NCBI RefSeq assembly: GCF_052425735.1
Contig: NC_135763.1
Location: 16,926,001-16,990,000, forward strand
DNA from: Oculina patagonica
Taxonomy: Eukaryota
Direction of reading: 5' to 3'
DNA length: 64,000 nucleotides
Under the pieces are notes generated by a model that did not search any database, had not been told where the DNA came from, and saw only the letters and a list, made by a program, of their open reading frames with translations. A program made the translations under genes and the position numbers. Of this stretch, positions 46,089-58,649 are shown piece by piece (within the stretch, counting starts at the first letter, position 1; each line of letters starts with the position of its first letter).

Positions 46089-49000
46089 ATGCTACCTTCT
46101 AAAATAACACCGAACGAAGTATCCTTGCGCGGAGATCAGGAAATACCATCCTCGATTTCAGTTCAACCCACGACGAACGATGTTCCAATGGCCGACAACT
46201 CGATTCCAGATCAGGAAAATGTCAACGAACAGCTGCTACAAGAAGTTGATAAAGTATACAGTCCGGTGCTAAAACTGATGAAGATGTTTGGAACGTACTT
46301 TGGAGATACAAATCTAAAACGTTTGACGCATGCTTCTGGTCGGTGCAAGGAACTGGTCTATCTTGAGAGCTTTTATTGTGGTGTTATCATTTCTGGTTGC
46401 TGGTTGAATTTTATTATGGCTTTCGTCGATGTTTTCTTAGCAAATAACATCTACCTATATTTGATGCTTAGCTTTTGGTGTCTTTTAATCGCCCTCGGCG
46501 GCACGTTTTCCTTGATCTTTCTGTGCGTGCCTTTCACAGATACGGGAAAGTCTCGATTCCAAAATTTTCTTGGTAATTTAATCACTATCCACAGTAATGT
46601 TAATTTAGAAAAGGTAAAAAGTAAGACGAAAAAAGGCATTATAGTATTTTGTTTCTTCTTCATAAGTTCTTCAATCGGTGTTCTGATTAGCGTTCAAGCG
46701 TTGGGCTTAAACATAGCAGGTTTCGAACCTTGGGATCAATGGTTTGGTTTTACAATACTTTTGATTATCTTTTCTATTTATGGAGTGGGTGTGTGGTTGC
46801 TTCCAATTCTATTTTTCTGCCTTACATGCTCAATCCTGGAAGAATTGTTTGATGATTTGCACAAACGAATGTCATCGTTACATTCGGTCTCTGTGGACAT
46901 AAGCACTTTCAAGATGGAACATCACAGACTGTGTGAAGTAGTCGAGCTTGCTGACAAAATGCTTTCCCCTCTTCTATTTGAAAAGGTCTCTTTGTATATT
47001 CCATTGATATGCTTCACTTTCTACAAAGTATTTAACTTACCAGAAGAAGAGAAATTTGTGTTTCTTGGTAACAATTTGTTCTGGCTGATGGCGGCTGTTT
47101 TTATCTTGTCAACGATCATGTTCTTCGGATCCAAAGTCTGCGAAAAGGTGTGTGGCATAAAAATGTTTTTTTTTTTGGAAAAATCAGAATGATTGTTTCA
47201 TATGTATTTCTTTGCTTTTGCCGTTTACTTGTTTTATTTGTTTTAAGATTCCATTATTCACGATAAGTTGAAATACTTCGATCTTTCCCGTACTAAACTA
47301 GCTGTGCCTAAGGAATTGTATATGTTTCTGTCATGTGGGTTGCCGGCGTTAACTTCAAACACCTTGTTGAAAAAAGACCACCACCACCACCAACAAAACA
47401 TTTAAGCAATTGTGGCACGGCCAAATGTCGTGAATTGAGTTCCAAAATAAATATCAGGGAATAAATGCTTTGCCGTATTGATAGGTTGTTCATGTGACTG
47501 AACGTTTCTGACAACCAGGTTTTCATGGGATGTTATAATTTACCCAAATTAAGTGTTTCCTAAATTAATTTTTTTGTTTAAGCGAAATTTTGGTTGCTTT
47601 ACAGAATTTGTTACAAACTCTAACTCTTTTTGATCCTTATATTTTTCTTTTTTTTAATCAATTCTGGGGATTTTTTGAAAGGTTTGAAAAGTTTTAAAAA
47701 TCCAAAATGGCAGACTTTTGAAATGTATGACGCCATTTCGTTGTGTTATGACTTCACGTGATTGGCACGTGATTGACACTATACACACTATAGTTAAATC
47801 TAGATTCTTGAATCTCCCGATAACTCGAACAAAGTCGTTCCACTTCGATTCCCTTCACTCGGTTGAGCATTGCAATTTTACCTCTCTTTTCTCGAATTCC
47901 CTTTTTTCGGGCCAATATTCGCATCACTCGGCGATTTGGACTATTAGGATTTCACTATAAGAAGGGTTAAGTCACCGCACCTTGTTTTTAACATTTATTA
48001 AATACTTTTTATTGCTCTTTCAGATTAATAGCCTCCAAAAAATCTTACAAACTCTTCTTGTTTCAAAGGAAGACGAAGGGAAGCTATTCACCGCTATACA
48101 GGTATTGTCTTTTTCTTTTCAAAGATTTCTAATAGCATCGTTTATCAATGTATTGAAACCTGCAAAGGCCCACAGAGTGCTTGGAGAGTACTCAAATTTT
48201 AATCTCAATCCAATATTTTTACTCCTAAAAATTCCAATCATCCCCTACCCCTTTATAAAAATAATAAAACTAGCTTACTAAGCAAAAAGACCAATAAACA
48301 AGTAATCAAATAAACAAATAAATAAATTAAGTATAACATAAATTTATATATTTGTGCAGCGGCATTTTTACAAGTGAAGTTATTTTTAGCTAATTAAAGC
48401 CTTTACCGTGAAAATTACTGCTTCTGATGAAGTCAGCTTCTACTTTGCGAGGAAATACTGAAATCATCGCTTGTAGTTGCGTAACAACAGCCTATTACGA
48501 AATCGCTTGTGACTGGCTATCCGAAACCGAGTCGCAGGAAAATGATATCTAAAAATAACTTTACTTGTGAAAACGCCGTTTCACAGACGCCGTATGGAAG
48601 TTGTATGCTCCGGGCAATGGGCTCCTGACATTATATGTTCGAGAAATAAGTGTGCCTTGACTTTTCTTTGTAATCTAATTTCAGTTAGTGATGTTTGTGC
48701 AGGACCTTCAAGGCGACCCAAAGGGCCTCTCCATTGGGGGATTGGTTGTGATTACCAAGTCTTTGTCTTTAACGGTAAGGCGATTCATTTAATCCCTTTT
48801 CATCTAAGGTACAAGTGGTTTAAATTTTTTCGTGCTGCCAGTACATAGACCTCTGTTGCTGGATTGACATATTTATTGTCGAGCCCTTCGTCGGGGCGCG
48901 AAAAATGGGAGATGGTTTCTTGCACGGTTTGTTTCTTGATTTGTCTCTTTTATATTTATAGTACTTTTTGGGTTAAAGTTGAAGAGATCTTTCTCGACTG

Positions 49001-52000
49001 TTAAGGTATATATATTGCCAATTGTAGAAAGACGTTTTGTGGAAAAGGGTGAGGGGTATTAAAACTCTAGTAAACACATTGTGCTGGTTGGAATAAAAAA
49101 TAACAGATTCATTAGGGTAGTTTATGTAAACGTTTTCTTAAACGAGGGTCCTGAAGGGGTAAAATGGGAACTGGGATTTGCCTATTTTGACTGGGATTTG
49201 CGTTTATTTTCACTGGGAAAATGGGATTTAGGTAACTGGGACTGGGATTCGGAAACAAAAAATGGGAATGGGAAGCATGTCAGTACATGACGAAACCTGC
49301 ATATTTTGCGCTCTATAGTATTCTGAAAGTCCGGCATAGACAGTTAAAACGCTGAAAATTAACTCTGAAACGAAACCACTACACTGCACGAGTGTCCATC
49401 AAGCGTCGATCAATTTTCGTGTAAGTGATTAAGTTACTCAGCGGAACTGCTATGACTGAGCATGGGCACAAATGGAATATTTAAAAGAAGTGATAGTGAT
49501 AAAAACTTGATAGCTTTAGTTAAAGCTACTGAAAATTTCTATCATCCTCTACAAAACAAAGGAACAAATGAAAAGTGATGTTCTCAACAGTATTGGTGAT
49601 AATATAACTAGCAGAACATGATTTTGGATAGTCCATTCCCTGAACTATTCCTTCTGCGACCCAGGTGCGAGAAGGGGCAGTCTAGGATAACTTGCATGTG
49701 CATGCTTAAAACTAACCAATGAAAAACCACAGAGACGTGTGGCGTTTCTTACATGCAACGTGTGCGCTAGGGTAAAAATAGTTTGCTAAAATGAAAAATT
49801 CAACTACGCAACAAATTAGCGCGACATCTACAAGAAAAATTGTCATAACCTTTGTCTAAAGCGGCCGTAATACTTACTTCCTTACTTACTTATCTTCATC
49901 GGGCCCATGAGGACTCTTGAGGCCGGCCAGAAAACTGCGCCATCCATCCCGGTCCGCCGTCGATGCGACAGCAGCCCCCCACGAACACCAACCCAGCCGG
50001 TTTCTTTCTGTCTCCACGGTAATGAATCTCCGTAATGAATAGGTATTAAACCCACAAGTACTAAATTTTTGAATTTAGCAATCTGTGCGTGCGTTTCCAA
50101 AGGTGCTGTCGATTATGGTTTGGTTTCTTCAGCTTCCCCCCTTTTTTTGGGGGGGGGGGGGGGAGGGGGTGGGGCTGACAGATTTCTGAGAATGCGCATG
50201 CAGGTCAATATTTCTGGACTCGCTCAACGACGCCTGTACCTGGGTTCACCGAAGGGAGAGTTCAGGGAGTGGACTACATTTAGGACAATCAAAACAACAA
50301 ATATATTACGCTTAAGGTCGCGCAGGACCCTTGCTCATTAATATATTCATTAGCCAAATTTCTTGACGGGCTGCTATCTTGTAAAGCTTTAATTCACTAC
50401 ATTTTGAATATCGATTCCTCTAAAATTTAATAAGGACACTCAGGGATGATGGAATTACATCATGATTGTCCTTTTACTGAGAGATGACCGTTGTCTGTGA
50501 TGTTACAAGCCCTTAATAGTTTAACTGAAGATCATGCGATTTTGTGTCCAAGTTTTCAGCTAGCACAGCGCACCAAATTAAATGATTATATAGCCTAGTG
50601 ATAAATCGAAACTTGTTTTGTGCTCCCACTAGAACGAAATTTTCGATCTCAAAAACTGCTACAGGTTAATGGCTTCTTAGAGAGTAAAAATGTGAAATCT
50701 AAACTTTGAAACATGCTATCTTTATTTTGAGAAGGAAATTTAAAAATTCGCTCTAGTCATAGCACAATAGAGTACACCAAGTTTATGTTCCTCGCGAATC
50801 AACTCTTGAAATTCTATATCGGCGGAGAAAACTTGGACACAAAATTGCAGGTTTTGAGGCTTCCGAAGACCTTCCGAGTCAATGTTTACAACAACGTGTG
50901 ATATATTCAAAGCTGTGAATCTTATTATGATAATTCCCTATGTTCCAGCGCACGTGGCACAAAGCTGAGAACAATTACTAGTAATTACTTGTACAAAAGA
51001 GTTTAAAAACAAACATTCTCATAAATATTTCGTTTGTTGTCGGTTTCAGTCGTCCGGCAGTTCGTGCATACTCTTTAAATAAATACATACTAATGATTGC
51101 AAGGGTACTGCGTGACCTTAAGTCCGGTTTTCCATACACTGGGAATTTTTCTACTGGGAATGGGATTTGGACAAAAAATAAGCTGGGAAATGGGATTTGG
51201 GCAAAATTTGGGCTGGGAAATGGGATTTGGTACCCCCCCTTCAGGACCCTCTTAAACTGAAACGGTTTTGTCACCAGAGATTTTAGTTATCATTACTACA
51301 CCGTTCTACGGCAAATTGCAGACATCTGGTATCTGATCATTCTGTTTACTTTTCCTCGAATTATAAAATAAATCTATCAGAAAAATAGACCTTAACAAGA
51401 AACGCGGACCTACCAACTTTAACGTAAACTGCAGGAAAGAAAGATAAATTCTCAATCTCTTAATCTGTGCAATAGAAATACTAGTTCTTCTTATGAGCTT
51501 ATGCTATGCTTGTGCTTATCCAGTGAAAAGCAGTCTTAAACGTTTTCTAAAACTTTACAGCAAATAATATACTGTTTTTTCTTCCCATTAAGGCAATAAA
51601 TTAGATAAATTAAAATAAGGATAAAAGAGAAAAAGAGTGGAAATGAACGTTTATTCGTTTGTTTCATGATAGAATCGCTTTGAGATGTTGATCGCGACGT
51701 TTCGACTGCGGTGCTGCTAATCTTTATCAGGCGATGAGGTCGATTGTTTACGCGTCGCTATTTATGCACATTGACTCGCTGCTATTGGTGCATTTCGATC
51801 CTCATTATTATTCCGACTAACAGATGTTGTTCCCTCAGAGGCCCGCTTTGTAGTTGACTGGCTGTTGTGTTTTCCGATCATAGGTATCCATGCTTCAGGA
51901 ATTTGAATTCTCTATTGATGTCATTAGGATGAAGTCTTATTTGGATAGCCTCTTTGACCCTGCGACGCGTAAACAATCGACCTCATCGCCTGATAAAGAC

Positions 52001-52231
52001 TAGCAGTATTGCAGTCGAAACGTCGCGATCAACATCTCAAAGCGATTATATCGTTAGACAAACGAATAAACATTCATTCCCATCTTACACCACGATGAAC
52101 AATATTCACATCTTTAATGGCAGAAAAGGAGTGGTGACCACTGTATCCCTAATTTCTGCATTTCGTCTTTTTTTCAGATTCTTGGATTGATTGTTTCTTA
52201 CTTTGCTGTTATGCTGTCCCTGCCAAAGTAA
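46089..52231 (+). CDS. Gustatory receptor-like protein, copy C (inverted; ~426 aa)
   Basis: Exons 46089..47147, 48024..48101 (INSLQKILQTLLVSKEDEGKLFTAIQ), 48685..48774 (LVMFVQDLQGDPKGLSIGGLVVITKSLSLT) and 52178..52231 (ILGLIVSYFAVMLSLPK*). Introns are GT-AG and phase 0. Confidence 0.85.
49144..51251. mobile_element. 2.1-kb non-autonomous DNA transposon with GAG..CTC termini in GRL-C intron 3
   Basis: TIRs GAGGGTCCTGAAGGGG / CCCCTTCAGGACCCTC. TTAAAC directly flanks both ends (49138-43, 51252-57). Subterminal (C)TGGGA(AA/TT)TG repeats are present. Confidence 0.75.
51640..52080 (-). mobile_element. Penelope-like element 3' remnant with inverted pLTR
   Basis: The minus strand encodes RRRVKEAIQIRLHPNDINR/IPEAWIPMIGKHNS (typical PLE GIY-YIG C-terminus, frameshifted). 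It is flanked by ~120-bp inverted arms (51640-51758, 51962-52080) carrying a hammerhead-like motif. Confidence 0.8.
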
Positions 52232-55200
52232 TAGGAGTTGTGTGAAGTGTAATATTTATAAGATCAAATAACAATTATTTATAGAATTCTACCAGTATAC
52301 TAATAAAAAATGCTTTAATCTAATTGGCTGAGGTATGAGCCATTAGTGTGCAGTGGATGAAGGTTGGTGTAGCCGAAAATGGCGACATTTAATCGTTTCA
52401 GTATTTACTGAATCGAAGTTTGGAGAAATTTACAAAATAATTCAATTCTAAAGAAGCTAAAAAAAAAAGCATTTCACGTTACGCGAGTTTGAATACCGTC
52501 AAAATTAATGTAATTATGTTATACTCAGCAGTGTTTTGTTGGAAATCCGTCAAAATTATTTTTTCTTCCATTGCTGTCATTTTGCTGATAGAACACGATC
52601 GCTTACGCGTTGCCCTTAAAATGGCAAATTATTCTCACCTTTTGGTTTGACAGAACTCATAATTATAGGACTTGGACTGTTACCTTTAATTGTGTCTACT
52701 AAAAACAGACTACGCGCCCTATTATTCTATGAGCAACAGTTAACTTGGTTGCCCCTCGTCAGACTATTCGCTTACGGAATACTCGGGCTCCTTCTTATTG
52801 GTAGTTAGATAGTAAATATAAGCTACATCTGAGTGCTTACATTAGACAAAAGGACCATGGCCGCCTGTTCGAGACAAGGTATAAAAGCTACCCAAGAAAG
52901 CTACCCAAGTGTAAATGAAGTCATTGAAATAAAAAAAAAATTGAAATTAAAATATTTCACATAACATTAGATTATAATGCACTACAGTTTAATTCCAATA
53001 TTAAATATTAACATAAATAATCGAGTATTAAATGTTTGCCTGCCTTTTGCTATATCACGTTGTGAGATACATGTATTAATGAAACATGTATCGAATAATA
53101 CTTCCTTATGGTAATTATAAATTAACTATTTTACTCTAAAGTTTGGGTGCTGTGCAGTTCCAATCAACTGCTATTTATATGGATTTGGGTGTTTCGCCTG
53201 CAAGTTGATTCACCTGTACGTCGATTCGCTCACATTGAAGGCGATTCGCCTGCACGACCTAAGATGTTTCGCCTACACTGAAGTCGATTTGCCTACAACC
53301 GCAGAACGTAGTATGTGAGGTCCCATGCACAACTTTTTTCGAATTTTGAATTTCTCAGGTAAAATACTGAAAACGTATTTTCTATTTATATTAATGCAAA
53401 TTCTTCTTAATTATCGTTGTAGACGATGCCATATGCGTTCTAGTGTGGCCTGACTCGGTCGAAACTGTGCTCTGATTATTTGCTAAGTTAAGGTCTAGAT
53501 GAGGCAAAGATTAGACCCAAGTTAAATTCGCGCCTAGGTTTGCATGGGGTGGATAGGGATTCGGCCATACAGTTTAAGAAAGCACTTTATGTGATTAAAT
53601 TGGTTGGTCGTTTAGTATATCAGCGAGGTATTGTAGTGTTAAGAATAAGAGAGAGAGGCCTTTCCGCTAGCAGGCCAGAGCTTCTGGATTATAACCTGGG
53701 CGGTGTTGGTTCTGACAAATTGGGGTAAAAAATGCATTTATTGTGCCTGCTGGTGATACAGATCGTAGTAAAACAGTAAAATTTCTACCAAATATATCCT
53801 CGCCTTTTATTACAGCTATTTTTAAAAGAACATTCCGCGAACTAAACTGCCTCAAGTTAGTTTGAAGAGCGTTTCTTTCGGAGACCGAGAATTCTGATTA
53901 AAAGTGAGTCAAGTACCATTTTTCATTTGTGTCGAGAAACCGGCGTTAATTTTCCGGCAAATGGAACAGTACAACTTTTCATCAGACAATAGTATATAGG
54001 ATAGGTGTGTACCATTTGTAAACTTTCCAGTGCAAAGAACAGTTCCTTTTCATCGAGAAGCGTGGTAATAGTGCGAAAAAGCAATTAAGATGAAACGTGT
54101 TTCGAGCAATCCCTTAAGAACGAGAAAAGAGGAATACCTCTTAAGGATTGTGTACCATTGGTCGGAAGGAACCGATCGGATGAATATAGAATAATGGAAA
54201 GGGTTTTTCCAAGATCAGCAAACCAACTGAAAGAGATGGTGAGATGAGAGATGACACTTTTAATTCGGTTTCCTGTCATTTATTTTCCATTGACGGAAGA
54301 CTGGAACGGGAAATCCGTGCAAATTTTGAGGAAATTTCCGACGTCCGTTGTGAACGGGAAAAGCGGTACCTCTTAAGGCAGTCCACAATTTCCGAACAGA
54401 CTTTTCGGAAAATTACTGTTCCATTTTACTTTCAATTAGCACTGTTTTGGCTAAATGATAAACATCCAAGATATTCCATTTTTTCCGAAAATTTCCTAGT
54501 GGAAAGGATCGTTCAATTTGATAATTCACCAGAATAACTGTTTTTTCTGTTCTAATGGAAAGCGCTAGAGGGAATGTATTTTAAGTTTCGGTTACATTCC
54601 AGAGGGAGGCGGTACCCCATCCTTCGGTGTTGAAAATGCACGCTCTGTATAAATAACCAAATGCTAGAAACGAGTCGAAACTTATAAAACTGCTCCCGTA
54701 CACTTAAATTGCAGAAAAACGCATAAAAACGATTTTGAACAATGCGAAAACATTAATTTTCATTTTATTACAAATAAACAGCCGTTAAAGCCGATTTGAA
54801 GAAGCTTAATACTAATAATTATCACAAGTAATAACGGAAGAAATTTCAATAGGCCTGTGGGTTTGGCGATAGATGGCAACGTAGTAAAACCGTCTTTGAC
54901 ACGTCTGAGATTTTGAACGGTCGAAATAAAAGGAACCCATCACAAAATCTCAAAAAGATGTAAAAGATGGATTAAATCGATTTATGTCGAATGGAAACGG
55001 TCACGTGACCGAAAAACCAAATTAACGTAGACAGCATTCCTTGCATTTATACCTTCTAGTACAAAACGTACTAGGAAAAGAAACTTGCTCAAACTATAGA
55101 AATTCACAAAAACACAACGTAGTAGTTTTTTATTAACCAGTTGTTTATTGCTTCGATCTGGCTCACAGACTGCGATTTAGTAACAAGTAACACATAAAAT

Positions 55201-55663
55201 AAATATCATTGCATGCAAACCTGTTTTCTGTTTGTTTGCTTGCCTGTTTTAAGTTTTTTTTTGTCCACAGGTTATTCTATGAAATGTCTTGATGATCGAA
55301 GTTATCACAATGACAAAGCACGCTACGTTGATTAATGATTAACAATGATTAATAAGTCCTGTAAGACTTACACTTGTATTGCAATACCAACATATTTAGG
55401 ATTTTATTAGTTACCTGTCCGGATCTAACAATTTTGTGACTCCAGTAATTACTTAACAGCCAATTATTTTTGACTTCACATAAAAAAATATATATTCAAA
55501 TTTGTGACCCAAATAATTTATGAATCGAATAATTACATTATATCCAAATTAATGACTCCAACAGGGACTGACAAATTTGAGACTCCAATGAAAATGTTTT
55601 GTCCATAACTCAAGTCACCAAAATTAGTTGGACTCACAAAGTAAGCACAGTATATTCTACACT

Positions 55664-58649
55664 TTAACAAGGCATCAGCGATTTCATTGCATTTTTGAGT
55701 TCTTTGTTGCGCCAAAAGTTAATAACAGGATTAGCGGACGCTTTCATGAGCGCAAACGTCACGGACCATGGAAAAAAATAACGATACTCTTGAATAAACG
55801 ATGATTTAAACGCTTTTATAAATAAAGAAGGAACAAAAGATATTGCTAAAGCAGCGATCAAAATCAACATGTCATATGCTACTTTCTTCTCTCGTCTTAA
55901 AATCATAGCTCGCTGCTGATTTGAAGCGACTGCATCTGCCACCTGATTCCTCTGTCGACGGACAGCAATGAACATCCTCACGTGATTGATGACCGGTGTC
56001 ACAACAATAAATGTGCCGACCGCAACAGAGAACACGAACAGCAAGAAGATATTTGAGGACAGAATAATCTCAGTAGCCACTATGAAAATAGTAGCGCTTA
56101 CACCAGCAAGCACAGCCCTTTTTATTGCATCTGTTGGAAAAAAAGAAAGAAAATTATTTTGAAAATTATTTTGAAAAGCCTTTTGCGTCAAAAACTTTCA
56201 AGTAGTGTCTCCGATTGGCTGTTTCTTATGCACGATTACTGAAAGAGATAACCAACAAACAGCCAATTAGATATAACACACCTTCACCCCCGGGGGAAGG
56301 AACTCAATTTTTATATGTGGAGGCTCCCTCCCTAGGTCCAAAACACTTACCCTTTTAAAAACCAGCTTTGACAGAAAAGTTAATCCCTTCTTACACCTTC
56401 CATAGATAAAAGTACCACTTGCACACAACAGCTGTAAAAATACTGCATCCATTTTCTATTTTTTTTTCTCTCGAGAAAGCCGTTGAAACGTAAAATGAAG
56501 ACGCCGTCCGCCGTTTTGGTGCGTCTTTTAAAAATATGTTGGAAGCCCTTTTGAGAGGCTGTCTTTCTGAAAAACACCCACTCAAATAGACCATATTCGT
56601 ATTCTTGGTATTGGAGTGGAACTAGCTTGCAATGGAGGCTCATGCGGGGGAATATGATTAAAAACAGCTTCATGTCATTTGCATTTGAAAAGATTACCCG
56701 CATTAGCCTCCATTGCTAGTTCCAGTCCAATACCGAGAATACGAATAAGGCCTATTCACGTGGAAGCTCAAAGACTTTACTGAGGTTAGAACTAAAACAG
56801 ATTTGGTTTGATTCAAAATGAATTTCTGACCGCGTTAGGGGCTATTGAATATTTTGCCCCTTCGGGCCCGCCGCAACGTCTGGAGAATTAGAAAGATGGG
56901 CATTTTTCGAGCCGCTGTCAAATATTATTTTTCGCATCAAACACCGACAATTTTATATCAATATGTTCATAAACATTTCTAGTTTTCTAAGAGAGTAGCA
57001 AGTTTTCCCTCGATTTATCTGGAAATGCGAAATCAAGGATATAATGACCACTACTGATTGGCATCGAATGAAGGTTGAAAAATGACATTGATTTAGAAGC
57101 GAATATTTTAATTTTTAAAATACTGAAATCGTACATGTGATTTTTGCATATTTTAGCCGATGAAGGACTACACTATTCGGCTGTGTAGAATAGAGTTATC
57201 AGCTAGGTCCTGAAACTGAATATTCGCTTCCAAATCAATGTCATTTTTCAACCTTCATTCGATGCCAATCAGTAGTGGTCATTATATCCTTGAATTTGCT
57301 TTTCCAGATAAATCGGGGGAATCGAAAACTTTGCTATTTTCTTAGAAAACTACAAATGTTTATAAACAAATTGATACAAAAATTGTCGAGGTTTGATACG
57401 AATGAAATATTTGGCAGCGGCTCGAAAAATGCCTATTTTTCTAATTTTCCAGACGTTGCGGCTCCTAAAGCGGATAGAAAATCATTTCAAATCAAACCAA
57501 ATCTGTTTCAGTGCTAGCCTCAGTTAAGTCTTTCAGTTGCCAGAGTTTAAGGCAAAATTATTTTTTGACGCGAATTCGAGTGGGTGTTTTTCAGAAAGAC
57601 GGCCTCTTAAATGCGTAAATGACACTTTTCTCTTCCCTTTTCTGTCTTTCAACTCGAGGAATCACTACCCTTTTTCATACCTCGACCCTGAAGACGACAC
57701 CGGTACCCTTCGGGCGAAGCCTCCCCGTATAGTTCACCTTAGGAAATACCCCTCTTTTCTGGGGATACTACGCGGATTTCTATCGTTCTACTCCTCAAAA
57801 CGGGACGTTTCGGCTTAAATATAATTTATTGTATATAGATATATATATATATATATATTTAAATCCACGACCATACCACTTACATACATTGTTTGACAAT
57901 ACGCCAGATACACCTTACTAACAAATGGCTGCGGCCCAATTTTTTTTTGCCTGCCTAAGTTTTCAAAGACTAGGTTTTTGGACTTTTTGTGTTTGTTTGT
58001 TTGTTTGCTTTTTTTGCTGAGCTATGTTTATAAGGCTGGGTTTTCATTTGACCATTTATTTGACCAAACGCCTTTTGGCCGCTGTGCGTTTTTTATTTAT
58101 TGCTGCAAAGTTACGGTCATTAAAATCAAAGACATTTGTATAGGAAGTCATATGAGCATCAAGTTCATGTGATTGGTGGCCTCTTTATGACTGACACTTA
58201 CCTATGTTGGTCATATTGGCACGATATTGTAGCGGCTTGGACAAGGCACTATGACGATCAAAGCTCATGACCAGCACGTTAACAAAGGCCAATAAATTGG
58301 TTAACCTTATAGTGCTGCGATGCAATATGTACAGCTCAAGTTGATAATCACACGATTCGTGGGCACGATGAAGCATCAACCGCCTCGCTATAAACAGCGG
58401 CTGCGTGATGACGCCTGAGAGACAATCAGCGAAAGCCAAGCTACACAGCAAAATGTTACTGGGTCTATGCAAGGAACGTGTCCTGACCACGGCTACTATG
58501 GCGACCAGGTTACTTAGGAAGGCAAAAATACAGGATGGTGCGTTTACAGCAGCAACAAAAGCATCGTTTATGAAGGCAGCAGTGTCATTGGCTGGAATAA
58601 CATCTTCAGTTACTAAACCGCAAATGCTTCTGTTCCAATCTGAAGCCAT
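55664..58649 (-). CDS. Class A (rhodopsin-like) orphan GPCR, adenosine/melanocortin-receptor-like, ~304 aa
   Basis: Exon 58202..58649 (MASDWN...SNILLCSLAFADCLSG...SFDRHSAL..PLQY, donor GTAAGT) joins in phase 1 to exon 55664..56130 (acceptor CCAACAG; RREKKVA, ANPVINFWRNKELK). Confidence 0.85.
56551..57610. mobile_element. Foldback/palindromic DNA element in the GPCR intron, with a palindromic MITE (56585-56756) inserted in its left arm
   Basis: GAGAGGCTGTCTTTCTGAAAAACACCCACTC is mirrored by GAGTGGGTGTTTTTCAGAAAGACGGCCTCTTAA. Segment ~56770-57105 is mirrored by ~57218-57535. The inner MITE has AATAGACC..GGCCTATT ends. Confidence 0.75.
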
